DNA from: Octopus vulgaris
Taxonomy: Eukaryota
Assembly (NCBI GenBank): GCA_951406725.2
Contig: OX597816.1
Location: forward strand, 114,948,001-115,012,000
DNA: 64,000 nt
Reading direction: 5' to 3'
Positions 11,136 to 24,958 of this stretch are shown piece by piece (positions within the stretch are counted from its first letter, which is position 1; each line of letters begins with the position of its first letter). The translations under genes and the position numbers were made by a program. Below the pieces are notes generated by a model. The model did not search any database. It was not told the origin of the DNA and saw nothing but the letters and a program-made list of their open reading frames with translations.

Positions 11136-12775
11136 CATATCTATAACTATATAAGAGAGTTTGAGAGTGTGTGTGTGTGCATATATTCCTTATGCATTCC
11201 AAAACTGAGCTGTCGATTTTGACATAATGGGCGTCAAAAGGTTCAGTAAGCTTTTGGCTACCAACTAAACTATATTTTCATTCACATATTTGCAACACAA
11301 ATTTAACATTATCATTTTTCTTTTAGTCACCTATCGCAAACAACATTCTATATTACCACCACAATGATGATGACGTCACATTTTCTATATGAGTGTGTTT
11401 GCACGTTCATTATCTATGTTAGGCTGATGACTGACAAGTATATGTGCATGATGGTGTATGATCCTTCTTAAGAACAGAAAGCACTTTCATGCAAACCCAA
11501 GTAAATTGTACCCTTGCCCTTCACTATTAAACAAAAAATAACTTTCATTATTCCATTAACTATATATCAGCTATGCTGATTCTGCATATAAGAAAGGAGC
11601 AAATAATACAATGTGTTTGTATGTCATAACAGCCAGGCAATGCCAAGATGCATTGGTTATGTATGTATGTATGTATGTATGTATGTATGTATGTATGTAT
11701 GTATGTATGTATGTATGTATGCATGTATGTACATACATATATATATGTCATGGGTGTACAGTTAGATGTACTACTATTACTGTATGAGTTAAAACTCCAC
11801 CAAGGTTATCATTATCCACTCAACTTCCAGCATAGGGATTAGTCAACCACTGTACTTGATAGTGTTACTAGTTATTATATATATAAGATGAACACAAATA
11901 TAAAATTTCTGTTTCTATGCCCGTTTCACCATTGCAGGCATTTGGAACTCAACACTGAGTATTCCTAGTGCATTTGGATGCTAAACCACAATGCATTATC
12001 AGAGGAACACTTTATTTCATTCTGTGTTACAAAGAAGGCTGACAGAGAAAATAATCTGTGTATGTGGCATGGATGTTAGAATGATGATGATGATGATGAC
12101 GATGATGACGATGACTATGACGATGACTATGACGATGACTATGACGATGATAGTGACACTCACAGACAGACAGAAAAACACATATACAGACAGGCAAACA
12201 CATGCACACAAACTTATAAGCATGAATACACACATGTGTGCGCAGGTGCATGCATGCACACACAGACACATGCACATACACACACATGCACATACACACA
12301 CATTACATATTCGTAAGCTCTTATAGCCAAAACAAACTAAAGAACTTATACTAAAGATTACTTTGGGTTATATCTAAAGGTTCAAGCTGTCACTGCAAGT
12401 CATAAAATTAATTAATTTACAAATACAGTGATGGCTTTAACATTTAGGCATAATTCAAAGTAATCTTTAGTCTGAGAATTACAACAGTTGACACATTAGT
12501 AATTCATGTAACAGAAACTAACAGCTGAAAAGAAGTCTAATATTAAAATCAGTCTAATTTGATTCAGTGATAAGCATAACAACACTAGGTATTAACCCTT
12601 TTGATACGGACTTGAATGAGACTGCCCTTTGTTCTTTGATATATGCTCCCTGATTTAAAGGGATTTAGATTAATACATTCAATCAAAATCACATATTGAT
12701 TTATATCCCAGTCGCCAGGACAGAGTTATTTTACTGAATTCTTAGTTTATTTTCAAAATTAACTGGAACAAAGGC

Positions 12776-13063
12776 ATCATTAACATTATCATCACCATCA
12801 TCATCATCATTATCATCATCATCATCTTCATCATCCTCATCATCATCACTATCACCATCATGATCATCACCATCATGATCATGATCATGATCATGATCAT
12901 CTTCATCATCATCATCATCATCATCATTGTCGTCGTTGTCGTCGTCATCATCACCACCACCACCACCACCACCATCACCACCACTACCACCACCACCGCC
13001 ACCGCCACCACCACCATCATCACCATCATCATCATCATCCTCTTCATCACCATCATCATCACC

Positions 13064-13095
<32 letters not shown>

Positions 13096-13255
13096 CTTCA
13101 TCACCATCATCATCATCACCATCACCATCATCGTCATCGTCATCATCATCATCATCACCATCATCATCATCACCCTCATCATCACCACCACCACTACCAC
13201 CACCACCACCACCCTCCTCCTCCTCCTTATCATCATCGTCATCATCATCATCAAT
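12776..13255. repeat. ~480-bp (CAT/CAC)n degenerate microsatellite, expanded tail of the Family D copy at 13250-13450
   Basis: Direct reading; abuts TGTCTGTTTTCCATGCT of Family D. Confidence 0.9.
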
Positions 13256-13922
13256 TCATGTCTGTTTTCCATGCTGACGGTTTGATGAGAAAACTAGTAG
13301 GCTGGGGAGCTGCACCAGGTTCCAATCTGATCTAGCATGGTTTCTTACAGCTGGATGCCCTTTCTAATGCCAGTTGCTCCAAGTGTGTAGTGGGTGCTTT
13401 TTATGCGCCTCCAGCACAGGTGCTAATTATGAAACACCGGCATCAACCAGTGCATTACAATAGAAATATGGTAACAAAACGTTTCATATGATTTTATAAA
13501 GGTGTTAAAATGTAGGATATCCAATTGCTGATGAAAGTGGTGGGGGGAAAAACACAGACACACAAACACACACATAGACACACACACATACACACACAGA
13601 CAGACACACAGACACATACATGCACAAACACACACACAATGGGCTCCTTTCAGTTTGCGTCTACCAAACCCACTTACAAAGTTCTGGTTGGTTGGAGACA
13701 CTTGCACACGGTTTCACCACTTGCTCAATCTTTTACTATTCACTGTAAGGTTGTATGATAAATATGACAGAAACTTTATGTCTGTCTAATGTATCAAGTA
13801 AATTTAATTAATGTATTTAATTATGCTACAGCTGTAGTGATTGCCAAAAATTTAGGCTTATTCAAAGTAATGTTTAGTGCAAGAAATAACCACTGCTGGC
13901 ATGTCAGTAATTTACATAAAAG

Positions 13923-13955
<33 letters not shown>

Positions 13956-14405
13956 ATATGTATATCAAAATTAATCCAGCCTTTGAAACTATACCAAATC
14001 AGGCTGGAACCTGGTGCAGCCCTCCAGCTTACCAATTCCAAACCCATGCCAGCATAGAAAGTAGACGTTAAATGATGAGGATGATGATGATGATGAGGAG
14101 GAGGAGGATGATGATGATGATGATACAAATATACGCATATATTCTTTTATTTATTTTTTCACTTGCTTCAGTCATTTGACTGTGGCCATGCTGGAGCAGC
14201 ACCTTATGCTACAACCATCATCATAATTAAACATCTGCTTCCCATACTGGTATGGGTTATACAGTTTTACAGGTACTTGGAAGGCCAAAGAGTGGTACCA
14301 GGCTCCAATGGTCTGTTCTGGCATGGTTTCTAATGTCAACCTCTTTACAAATTGCATTGAGTGATTTTTACATGGCACCAGAACACACACACACACGCAC
14401 ACATG

Positions 14406-14447
<42 letters not shown>

Positions 14448-14654
14448 TATACGTCATTAAGTCATTTTGTTTATTTATTCTCATTTACTTAGTATTTTGA
14501 ATCAAGAAATTTGGTCTCTAACATCTTATATGACCTGACATAACAATTAGGTTCCCGAATTTCTCATTAAATAAATTACTTTATATTAATTAAATGAAGG
14601 AGTAGATAATTTAACTATATAAACATATTACATTACGAAACAAAAGACATCTAT

Positions 14655-15028
14655 AACAAGAGCACTCAGAAAGCACAAACCTCTGCCAAAGTGATACTAA
14701 TATCCTGTCAATGGTTAGACAGAGATGATTTTTAAAATGAGAATGTCTGAAATAAACTCAACTGCTCTCAGAAGTGAGAATACTAAAAATGAACCCAACT
14801 GCTCTCAAAAATTAAGTAAAAAAAAAAACAGAAAAATAATTCAGGATCCTTGTCCGGTATTGGATTGATCTCGAAATCTAATCAGTTTGTGCCAGTCATG
14901 AGGCCAAACATCTCTGAAAGTTTCATCTGAATCCATCCTGCGGTTCTTGAGATATCTTGTCCATGGACAAACAAACAAACAAACACAACTGAAAACAATA
15001 CCTCCTTCGTCGCTAAGGTGGAGGTAAA
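14655..15028 (-). mobile_element. Helentron-associated non-autonomous element (HINE/DINE-1-like)
   Basis: 5' TTTACCTCCACC with internal palindrome ...GGAGGT, (GTTT)n, 3' subTIR GGCAGAGGT, short hairpin, TT ends. Confidence 0.7.
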
Positions 15029-15677
15029 CATTAGTGAAGTAGAACATGCTAGAAATGTTAGTTTGCCTAGTCCTCTCACTTGAAGCATATTAATAATTTG
15101 AAAAACTTTAACTATGTTTCCAAACTGCTGGATACCTTGTCTTTGCCAAATATAGAATTAGATTTGTTATGCCAGATAGGTTTGAAGGATTTGATCAAAG
15201 CCTTTGCTCTCAAAGAAACTATTAGTAAAAAAATGTTATAAGTGGGTAACATTAATCATTATTTGACATTTGTTTCCTCATCATGTATGTTGAAATGAAG
15301 GACGTTGTATCTTCATAGTTAGAAACCAAACAGATAAAAAATGTTTTGATGTTTGTTTCATTTCATACAAATAACGATGTTTCCTCATTGGAAATTCAGA
15401 AAAAAATTGTTTGCTGGTAACATAACATACTGAAGAAAGAATTATCAATATACTTGAGTATTTGTATTTTTGCCTTACAACAGTTTTTTTACTTTTTAAA
15501 ATGGAAAAAAAAATGTAATGAAAATTTGAACGTTTTCCTTGTTACTATACTTTGTTGTATCTTGGGAGAGTCATTATGTCAATAATGTGTATTTGCAAAC
15601 CAAATGCAAAATCAAAACTTGTTACCATAAATTATAACTAATTAATTTGACTATATTGCTTACTGCTATTTAGTGTC

Positions 15678-15901
15678 AATAATAATAATCCATTCTACTG
15701 TAGGCACAAGGCCTGAAATTTTGGGGAGGGGAATGGTCGATTATATTGACCCCCAGCATTTAACTGGTACTTAATTTATTGACCCCAAGAGGATGAAAGG
15801 CAAAGTCAACCTCAGTGGAATTTGAACTCAGAACGTAGTGGCAGATGAAATACCACTAAGCATTTCGCCTGATGTGCTAACAATTCTGCCAGCTCACTGC
15901 C
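15678..15901 (-). mobile_element. Family A SINE
   Basis: Full head-to-(ATT)n copy. Confidence 0.85.
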
Positions 15902-15958
15902 TCTTCTTCTTCTTCTTCTTCTTCTTCTTCTTCTTCTTCTTCTTCTTCTTCTTCTTCT

Positions 15959-16005
<47 letters not shown>

Positions 16006-16133
16006 TTCTTCTTCTTCTTCTTCTTCTTCTTCTTCTTCTTCTCTTCTTCTTCTTCTTCTTCTTCTTCTTCTTCTTCTTCTTCTTCTTCTTCTTCTTCTTC
16101 TTCTTCTTCTTCTTCTTCTTCTTCTTCTTCTTC
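15901..16133. repeat. (CTT/GAA)n tract, ~230 bp
   Basis: Direct reading. Confidence 0.97.
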
Positions 16134-16171
16134 TCATTATTATCATTATTATTATTGATGATGATGATGAT

Positions 16172-16710
16172 AAATGCCCTGATGCAGTACCAGGCTCTGG
16201 CTCTCATGGCTTCTGAGCTTAACTGATAGGAAGTATTATCATGTATATTGTTTTATCTTTGTACAAAAGATGAGCGAAAGTAAATATTCTGCTCCATACC
16301 ACAGATTTGCTTGTCAGTTGTCTGACCATAACCAGTTAAGTATGTCCCTTAGTGGCCGACAATAAGTCATCTCTGATCTCAAGCAGAAGTAGTGGGGGAG
16401 CATCATAGCCATGTGTTGATAGGAATTCACCTCTGGAAACATGGGTTTTCACTCAATATCCTTAAATAATGCTCATTCAGGGAGCTTTTGACTGGAATGT
16501 GCTACTCGACCTGATGAAAATTCTAACTGAGCCCCACCTGCAAGGTCATGTGCTGTGAATCTTAAAATGAGATCACCATGTTGTGCACATATGGTTGTGA
16601 TGCATGTGCCTAGTGTACCCTTATCAAACGGGTAGTCATGATGGGTATACTGGGCTTTGCATATTTCACCCCAGTGTCACTTTGATGGCATGCACTGCTC
16701 TCTCACTCAA
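16172..16710 (+). mobile_element. Family F ~540-bp non-coding element ending in (TAA)n
   Basis: Three copies (16172, 61663, 62784), all ending ...CTCACTCAATAA(TAA). Confidence 0.75.
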
Positions 16711-16724
16711 TAACGATAATAATG

Positions 16725-17080
16725 ATCAGAGCTTCTTATCCCCAAACTACTAAGTCAACTTCATGTAAAATGGAACAGACCCAAAGTGCCGGTACTGCAA
16801 TGATGTGATTGAAACAGTGGACTGTCTAATCTCTGGGTGTCAGGCTTTAGCACCAGTAAAGTATAAATTGAGACATGGCAGCATTGGCCAGTATCTACAC
16901 TGGATAATATGTCAGCATTATAAAATCAAAACTGCTGACAAATGGTATATGCACCATCCTGAGGCTGTAACTGAAGGAGGAAATGCAACAATTCTTTGGG
17001 ACTTTCTAGTACATACAGACTGAACCATCAAAGTTAATAAACCTGATGTTGTTGTGAAAGACCAAAACAATAAAATCTAC
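16725..17080 (+). pseudogene. R4/Dong-like LINE fragment: zinc knuckle plus start of the restriction-like endonuclease
   Basis: CRYCNDVIETVDCLISGC...RHGSIGQYLHW...ILWDFLVHTD*TIKVNKPDVV. Confidence 0.8.
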
Positions 17081-17345
17081 TTTGTGTGTGTAATTATGCA
17101 TGCAGATATCATACCACACAGAAAAATTCTATAGAAAAGTTGAAATTGAGAATGGTAACAAAACTCTTCTAAAAGCATTGTCTCAGCATGGCCAAAGTCT
17201 AAAGACTAAAATAGATGGAAGAGCTAAAAAGATATTTTTTATTTCATTTATTTGTTTATTTATTTTTGTGGCATAGATGCAAAGATGCTACTTGATATAT
17301 AGATGAACCGATGGATGGATAAATAGATAAATAGATAGATAGATA

Positions 17346-17918
17346 ACTTTCTTTATTGGCTACACAGGGCTGAACACAGAGGGAACAAATACAAATGTAG
17401 AGCTTTTCTTTTCAGAAGTGAAAAAGAAAAAAGTAAAAAAAAAGGTAAAATTCCAATCAAAAGGGATCAGGGAAAAAAAAATGATGATCAAAAGGGATCA
17501 TATATCACAGAAGAAATTTAAAAATGTAAAAAGGAAGATTAGGTTTATATGTGGAAAGAAAAGCCTATGGAAAAACCATGGTAAACTCAGGCAGGGAGGG
17601 AATAAACACATGAGAGCAAAAAGCTCTCTCTCTCTCTCTTTTTTCGATTTACAGGATCATACTCAAAGTGGTTTCATCACTTGCACACACCATCTTTGCT
17701 ACATTCACCCACCTATTTTTGAAACCTTCATGAGACAAAACCTGCCTCTCCATTCTCACCTTCATTTTCAAGTGATACTTGAAAAAGTTGATGAGTGATT
17801 GGCCAGAGAGGTAAGTGTTTGTCTCTAATCTTTTTGCTCCAGTCCACCAAACACATTCTTTAACTATGGCCACCAGTACGATGAAGATTGCCTTGCCTTC
17901 CCAGTTGAGGGAAGACAA
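17346..17918 (-). mobile_element. 5'-truncated Tx1/L1-like LINE 3' end between (TATC)n tracts
   Basis: ORF 17649-17918 (LVAIVKECVWW...FFKYHLK...FKNRW) resembles the Tx1 ORF2 C-terminus; UTR ends AATAAAGAAAGTT(ATCT)n. Confidence 0.6.
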
Positions 17919-17944
17919 ATAGGTAGATAGACAGATAGATAGGT

Positions 17945-18032
<88 letters not shown>

Positions 18033-19278
18033 ATAGATAGATGGATAGATAGATGGATAGATGGATGGATAGGTGGATGAATGAATCGATCAACCAATTG
18101 ATAGATAGATTGTTAGATAGATGGATGCAAAAATGGATGGGTAAGAAGATAGGCTGAATGATGCATACTAATGGAATTATTTGGGATTTAAGATTAGTTA
18201 AAGGTGTCAAAATTACAAACAAAAAATATCTAAAAGTCCATGGCAATTGTCTCAGATTGATAGCACCAAATTCTTTACAGTGTCGTTTTTTAAGGTTTGT
18301 ATTTTTTGTTGATGTTTTTTGTATAATTCATTCCTTTTCATCATTATTATTCCAGGAAAATCCACATGTTGCAGAGATAAAAAGACATTTTAAGTATTTT
18401 ATTTTGTTTTGTTGTTTTTTTCTTTTCTTCTTTTTTTTTTGTCCAGATTTCACATTCTACCAGTATTGTGTTTTTTGTTTTTGTTGATTAGTTCTGGCTC
18501 AGTTCTGATTGAGGAGACTCATAATTAAAGGCATTCCAATTATGACTATCTCATCTATTTTGTTTTATCTTTTATCTTTTTTTTTATTACAAACGAGAGT
18601 ATCTTAGATAATATTATCCAATTTGTTCTCATTTTTTTTAAGTGCTAAGATTAATGTGATGGATATAGGGCTGTTATTTCTAGCAAGTCAAGCAACCACA
18701 AAGTGGATTTTTTTTTCATTGGCTTGTGTGTTCTCGTTCTACACAGTAAGATTGATGAAATAAGCATTGTAAATACTTATTGCTCTTCCTATTGCCAACT
18801 CTTACCATTTTTGTACAAATAGAGGAATTCTTCATTACATAAGCCTTTGAGAAAGCTAAATAGTAGTAGTAGTAATAGTAGCGGCAGCAGCAGCAGCAGT
18901 AGTAGTAGTGGTGGTAGTAGTAGTAGTATTAGTATTAGTAGTAGTAGTAGTAGTATGGGGTCATTGCACTGTAACCGCACCTTGTTGCATCCACCATTTG
19001 TTGGTGATTCCCTACTCCTGGCGAATGATAACTTTGCACCACTCAGTTGACAACCTTCCAAACCATAGGTTTGTGTTGGTTAGTCATTGCTGGTGAGGGT
19101 TTTACAAGCTGTCAGCGTGCAAATCCTACCTCGAGCTCTTTTAGTTGCCTTTTTCGACACGCAGAGGAAATATTGGGTCTATTCTTTGACGTGCCAGTCC
19201 CATCACAACACAAAGAGCTGAGTGACCAATCATAATGTCAACAATGATTATCAACGCTTCAATCAAGTGTTGACAAGC

Positions 19279-20145
19279 AAGGAACACAAATATTGGTTTT
19301 AAATTTCAGCAACAGATCACTAATTTTGGGGTAGAGGCTAAGTCGATTACACTGGTTCCAGTGATCAACTGGTACTTATTTTATTGAGCACAAAAGATAA
19401 AAAGCAAAGTTAACCTCGGCATAATTTGAACTCAGAATGTAAAGGTGGATGAAATATTCTTTTCTACTCTAGGCACAAGGATCGAAATCCTTGGGGAGGG
19501 GGCTAGTTGATTAGATCAACCCCAGTACACAACTGGTATTTAATTTATTGACTTCGAAAGGATGAAAGGCAAAGTTGACCTCAGTGGAATTTGAGCTGAG
19601 AACAAGAAGATGGATGAAATATTGCTAACCAAGCCTGGCGTGCTAATAATTCTACTAGCTTACCCTCTTAAGGAATATTAATATTAGCTTCAAATTTTGG
19701 GACAAGGCCAGTAACTTTGTGGGAGAGAGTAAGTCAGTTACATCGACACCATTGCTCAGCTGGTACCTAGTTTACTGACCCCTAAAGGATGAAAGGCAAA
19801 GTTAATTCCAATAGAATTTGAGCTGAGAATGAAAAGACATGAAATATTGCTAAGCACTTTGTCCAGCATGCTAAATGATTCTGCCAGTTTCACTGCCTTT
19901 AGGAATACAAATATTGGTTTCAAATTTTGGCACAAGGCCAGCAACTTTTGGGGAGGAGATAAGTTGAGTACATCGATCCTAGTACTGAACTAGTACTTAT
20001 TTTATCAACCCTGAAAGGATGAAAAGTGTTATCAACCTTGGTGGAATTTGAACTCAGAACAATAGAGACAGATAAAATGCTGCTAAGCAACTTCCTTGGC
20101 ACTAACAACTCTGCCAGCTCACTGCCTTAAGGAATACAAATATTG
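19279..20145 (-). mobile_element. Stacked array of four Family A SINE units separated by a repeated ~17-bp target sequence
   Basis: AAGGAATACAAATATTG-like copies at 19279, 19670, 19900 and 20129. Confidence 0.85.
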
Positions 20146-20919
20146 AAACACTTGCACACACACACACTATGCAACGAATTTTCACACATTAGCCTTCAAC
20201 TTTGGAAATGGAAATCATTGTCAATCCACTCTCCCTATGGCATATCAAATAAATTTAGTCTAAGTCCCCCCCCCACCCTGAAACATTACTACAAAGGTCT
20301 TGGGTCACTCAATTGGCATCATGTCTTCCATCACAACTGACATTCACTTCCTCACTGCTACAAATGCGATCTGAAGAAGAGTACATCAATGACTAAGGTT
20401 CCAAGAGATTTCCTGTACATAGTTACTTCAATCAAAATATGACTTCTGCTATAAGTTATGAATTCTTGATGTATGTGTCATGCTCATTTTCTTGTCTTCT
20501 ACTGTGAGTATATTAACTGACGTTCATACCTTTAAGGGTACAACAATGACGATGTTATCAAGAAGTTTGCTTTGCAACGGTAAATGGTTTGGGTTCAGTC
20601 CCATTGCGAGGCACCTTGAGAATCTGTTTTCTACAATAGTCTTGGACCACTGAATGCTGTAAAAGGGTATCTGATAGATGGAAACTGCAGGTAGCCTACC
20701 CTATATATCATTATCATTATCATCATCATCATCTTTGTAATCATTATTGTCCTTATTACTGTCATCATCATCATTGTCGTCGTCATCATCATCATCGCAA
20801 TTCTCCTCTTCTTCCTCCTTATCATCATCAACATTGTCATGAACCTCAACATCATTATCATCAGTGTCTCTGTTTTAATGTCCACCTGTCCATGCTTGCA
20901 TGAGTCAGATAAAATCTGT

Positions 20920-21445
20920 TTTATTCTTTTACTTGTTTCAGTCCTTGCGGTCATGTTAGAGCACCGCCTTTTAATTGAACAAATTGACCCCAGGACTTAT
21001 TCTTTGTAAGCCTAGTACTTATCCTATCGGTCACTTTTGCTGAACTGCTAACTTACGGGGATGTAAACACATCAACATTGGTTGTCAAGTGATGGTTGGG
21101 GGGAAAACACAGACATACAAATACATATATGTATACATATATTACTAATTATCTTTTTTTAATAATTTTGATATATATTTAAAATAATATAAATTAATTA
21201 ATCTTATGTATTGGCTTAAGTTTTTCATTGTATGATTTGCCTAATAGTGGTTTTATCTCTAATTTAATATAATATATATATATATATATATACGATGGAC
21301 TTCTTTCAGTTTCTGTCTACCAAATTCACTCACAAGACTTTGGTTGGCCTGAGGCTTTAGTAGGAGACACTTGCCCAAGATGCCATGCAGTGGGACTGAA
21401 CCCGGAACCATGTGATTGTTAAGCAAGCTTCTTACAACAAAGCTA
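20920..21445 (-). mobile_element. Family B SINE with an AT-rich insert in its internal (TA)n
   Basis: Tail part 20920-21120, head part 21290-21445. Confidence 0.75.
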
Positions 21446-22384
21446 CTTTTGTAAAAGCCTAAGTACTAGGCTTACAAAGAATTAGTCCTGGGGTCGATTT
21501 GTTTGACTAAAACTCTTAAAGGCAATGCTCCAGCATGGGCACAGTCAAAATAAAAGAATAAGAATATCTATGAAGATAAAGCATAGTTGTGATAGTTACT
21601 TCTTAAATCAATGGTATTCGCACCAACACTGAAGGGAGTGTAATTTTTTTCTGTGTTCAAATCCTGCTGATATCAACTCAGTCACTTACCCCTTCCAGGG
21701 TTGATAAAATACCAGTCTAGTCTCAGGGTTGTTTTAATTGTTTCATGCTTCTTGTTGCTTCTATAGTTACTGTTAGTTCTGTTATTGTACAGGCAATATC
21801 CAGTGTTTTGTTTGCAGCTATTTGCATGCTCACATACACTTTCTTTCCTTTTCAAATACCAACATTAGCATTCGGTGTATTTTACTTAACATGAATATAC
21901 TACAAGAACACCACAATATAGTGGTATTCACTTTAAGAAAGTATCTAAATACTGCAGTATTGTGGCTTTCTTCCCTATATCCATGTTAAGTAAGATATAC
22001 TGAATGCTATTCTGAACTAAAGCTGGTTCCATCATCATCATCATCGACATCGTCGTAGTCACCATCCTCATCATCATTCAACGTTTGCCTTCCATGCTGG
22101 CATGGGTTTGACAAGAGCTGACTAGGCAGAAGACTGCACCAGACTCCTGTGTCTGTTTTGGCATGGTTTTTACTACTGGATGCTCTTCCTAATACCAACA
22201 AATCCACAGAGTGGAATGAGTGCTTTTTATGTGGTGCCACTACTAACAAAATTTTTGCCAACATTTATTCTACTAAGTACCTATATCTTAAGAAGATTTT
22301 TAACCACAGGAAAAATAAAAACGAAATGGACAAAGATAATCTGTATTCCTTCTCTGACAGCCTGCTGTGCTAACCTTGGATTGT

Positions 22385-22767
22385 AGAGTGCTTGAGGAGA
22401 CCTACTGAGTCAAGTACATCAACACTAACATCAAAATAAAAATCAAATGGAAATTGTAGTTAAGATACCCGTGCCGGTGGCACGTAAAGAGCACCATCCG
22501 AACATGGCTGATGCCAGTGCTGCCTGATTGGCATCCGTGTTGGTAACACATAAAAAGTACCAACTGATCATGGCCGTTTACCAGCCTCCTCTGGCCCCTG
22601 TGCCAGTGGCACAGAGTGGTTGGCATTAGGAAGGGCATCCAACTGTAGAAACACTGCCAGATCAGTCTGGAGCCTGGTGCAACCCCTGGCTTCCCAGACC
22701 CCGGTCAAACCGTCCAAACCATGCTAGCATGAAAAACAGACATTAAACGATGATGATGATGATGATG
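22385..22767 (+). mobile_element. Family D RTE 3' end
   Basis: VNTR units, AGGAAGGGCATCC motif, (GAT)n tail. Confidence 0.8.
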
Positions 22768-22824
22768 AACCACTGAGGTAGTTTCTATGAGATTTTGCAG
22801 TTTGCTAGAAATAGGAGACTTGTA

Positions 22825-23140
22825 AAGGCATGTCGCTTAGTAGTTGGATATTTGGTTTGCACTTGTAAGGTCATGAGTTCAATTCTCAGCTGAACATTGT
22901 ATCCTTGAGCAAGACACTTTATTTCCCATTGCACCAGTCCACTCAGATGACAAAAATGAGTTGTGCCAGTATTTCAAAGGAGCAGCTTTGTCACATTCTG
23001 TGTCATGCTAAATCTTCTTGTGAACTACATAGAGGGTATGCATGTCTGTGGAGTGCTCAGCCGCTTGCACATTAATTTCATGAGCAGGCTGTTTCATTGA
23101 TCAGGTGAATTGGCACTCTCATCATCATCAAACCGACAGA
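22825..23140 (+). mobile_element. Family C SINE
   Basis: tRNA-like head plus CTTGAGCAAGACAC core. Confidence 0.75.
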
Positions 23141-23703
23141 TTTCAGTTTTAGAAATAGAAGCCAAATTACACACATATCGTTTCAGGAAAGTTCAAATTA
23201 AATAATGTGTTCATGAATTCCTTTTGCTCAAGATAAAGATGAGATGGTCATGACTGGAATACCTTTGATCAAAGCGCTGTACAGCTAGGGTCTACCTAGG
23301 ACTAAGCAACAACAACAATGCTAACATCTTATAACTTCCTTTCTTACCAAACAAATATCTACACACAGACACACATGTGCATGCACACACATAGAGAAGC
23401 ATAGCGAAGTTTAAAAAATAAATGTAAACTGTAGAAAGATAATTGCATATTTATATGTAGCAGGAAGAGTCAATATCCTAGATTGGTTATAACAATCTGC
23501 TATGGCTAGTAAAGAAAAACAAAACAAAATAAGAAAAACACACAAGCTGAAAGACAATACAACAAGAGGAACTACACTAATAACATTACCAATAATATTA
23601 ATAGTAATATTAATGATGAAAGAATAAAAACAAAACCAGAAAAAGTAGATCCAACTGGTCGTGACATTAATTGCTTTATTATTGATTTTCCAGAAAATTC
23701 CAA

Positions 23704-23732
23704 TTAGATGACCACTGAGTGGGAAGAACCAT
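23704..23732 (-). CDS. Candidate terminal exon (D)GSSHSVVI*
   Basis: Strong TCTTTCTTTTATCACAG acceptor, in-frame TAA, AATAAA ~25 nt downstream, U-rich tail. Confidence 0.3.
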
Positions 23733-24857
23733 CTGTGATAAAAGAAAGATTGTAAAATCTCATCAGACTGGCTTTAGTCTTAGATAATGAGGTTAAGTCA
23801 AGCATTGATCTCTTTCTTCATATCTCTTTTTCTCCCTTTCTTAGTATCCCTCCTTCATGTCACCCCCTCTCTCTCTCATCTTCCTGTCCATTCTCTTATT
23901 CTCTCCCTTTTATGTGGTTTTCTTTTCCCTCTCCCTCCTTTGCTTGGTTTTGAGCAAGACTTTCATCCACTGTGTATGCCCTTGTTAAATACTCAAAACA
24001 AACTTTGAAAATTAATCTTCAGCATACAAAAGACAAGCAACAGAAGAGAAATCATTGTGAGTAGGTTACTTTTTCTACAGAATCTATCTAAATATACAGA
24101 CAGAAGGGTTAACATTCACATTTCTTACCATGCACTATTGGCAGTTACTCAAGATATTTCTTGAGTATTACTTAGACAACCTCAAAAAACATTCTGAGTT
24201 ACCATTGTTTGTATTTCATATCTGAGCAATGAATACAGTCCTGGATGTGTCCTGTTGATGGCTCATGCTGGTCAGCCACATGCTTCATGGTCATTTTGGA
24301 TGAGGAAGTAGTTCATGGAAATGCGAACTGATTGGAACACTGCTTGGAGGTTTGCCCATATATTGACAAATAATACATGCAGTGGTGTTCTGCAATGGCA
24401 CATACCCCCGTATCTGACCTGACTTATACAGCAAGAGAAGGACAGTTCCCATAATTCATTATATTTTCATAATCTATGAGAATTGGTGTGACGAAAAAAA
24501 ACAAAAAAGCACAAGACATCCTCAAATTGGAAACCTAGTTCAAATGCACATAACAGAGTAAAGGCATCTAATGAACAAGTGTTGGTATTAAACACGTGAA
24601 AGGTTAAGTCTGTCCTGCAAGGTCTGCAAGAGGAGGGCTGAGGCTGATCTAGGGTGTCACATCAATATTAAAATAATCAGCAATAACAACCAAAGGGTAA
24701 GAACAACCATGGTAATAAAATTCAATAAAATATTTATAAAACAAAATGTTTGCTTTTTTTTAAGATCATACAAGATGCTCTATTATATTTTAAAATTCTT
24801 TTTGATAGCTTATCTGAGAATGAAAATCAGTGTCCATAATTCTTACAGTTACAGTAT

Positions 24858-24958
24858 TACCACAGCCTCCATCACTACAGCTTCCACCACCAAGCCTCTT
24901 CTACCATAGCCTCCAGTACTATAACCTCCAGTCCACAGCTTCCATCACAACAGCCAGC
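24858..24958 (+). repeat. Degenerate ~15-bp minisatellite (ACCACAGCCTCCATC)
   Basis: About six degenerate units. Confidence 0.7.

Noticed and set aside
11371-11378. Perfect CRE TGACGTCA (also at ~29890)
   Set aside because: An isolated 8-mer without promoter context is expected by chance.
15812-16207. Poly-K/R/E/F/S ORFs
   Set aside because: They come from the (CTT)n microsatellite.
19236-19275. pre-miRNA
   Set aside because: The stem is only ~14 bp, too short.
19279-20145. CRISPR array
   Set aside because: Eukaryotic context, the 'spacers' are homologous SINEs of ~230 bp or more, and there are no cas genes.
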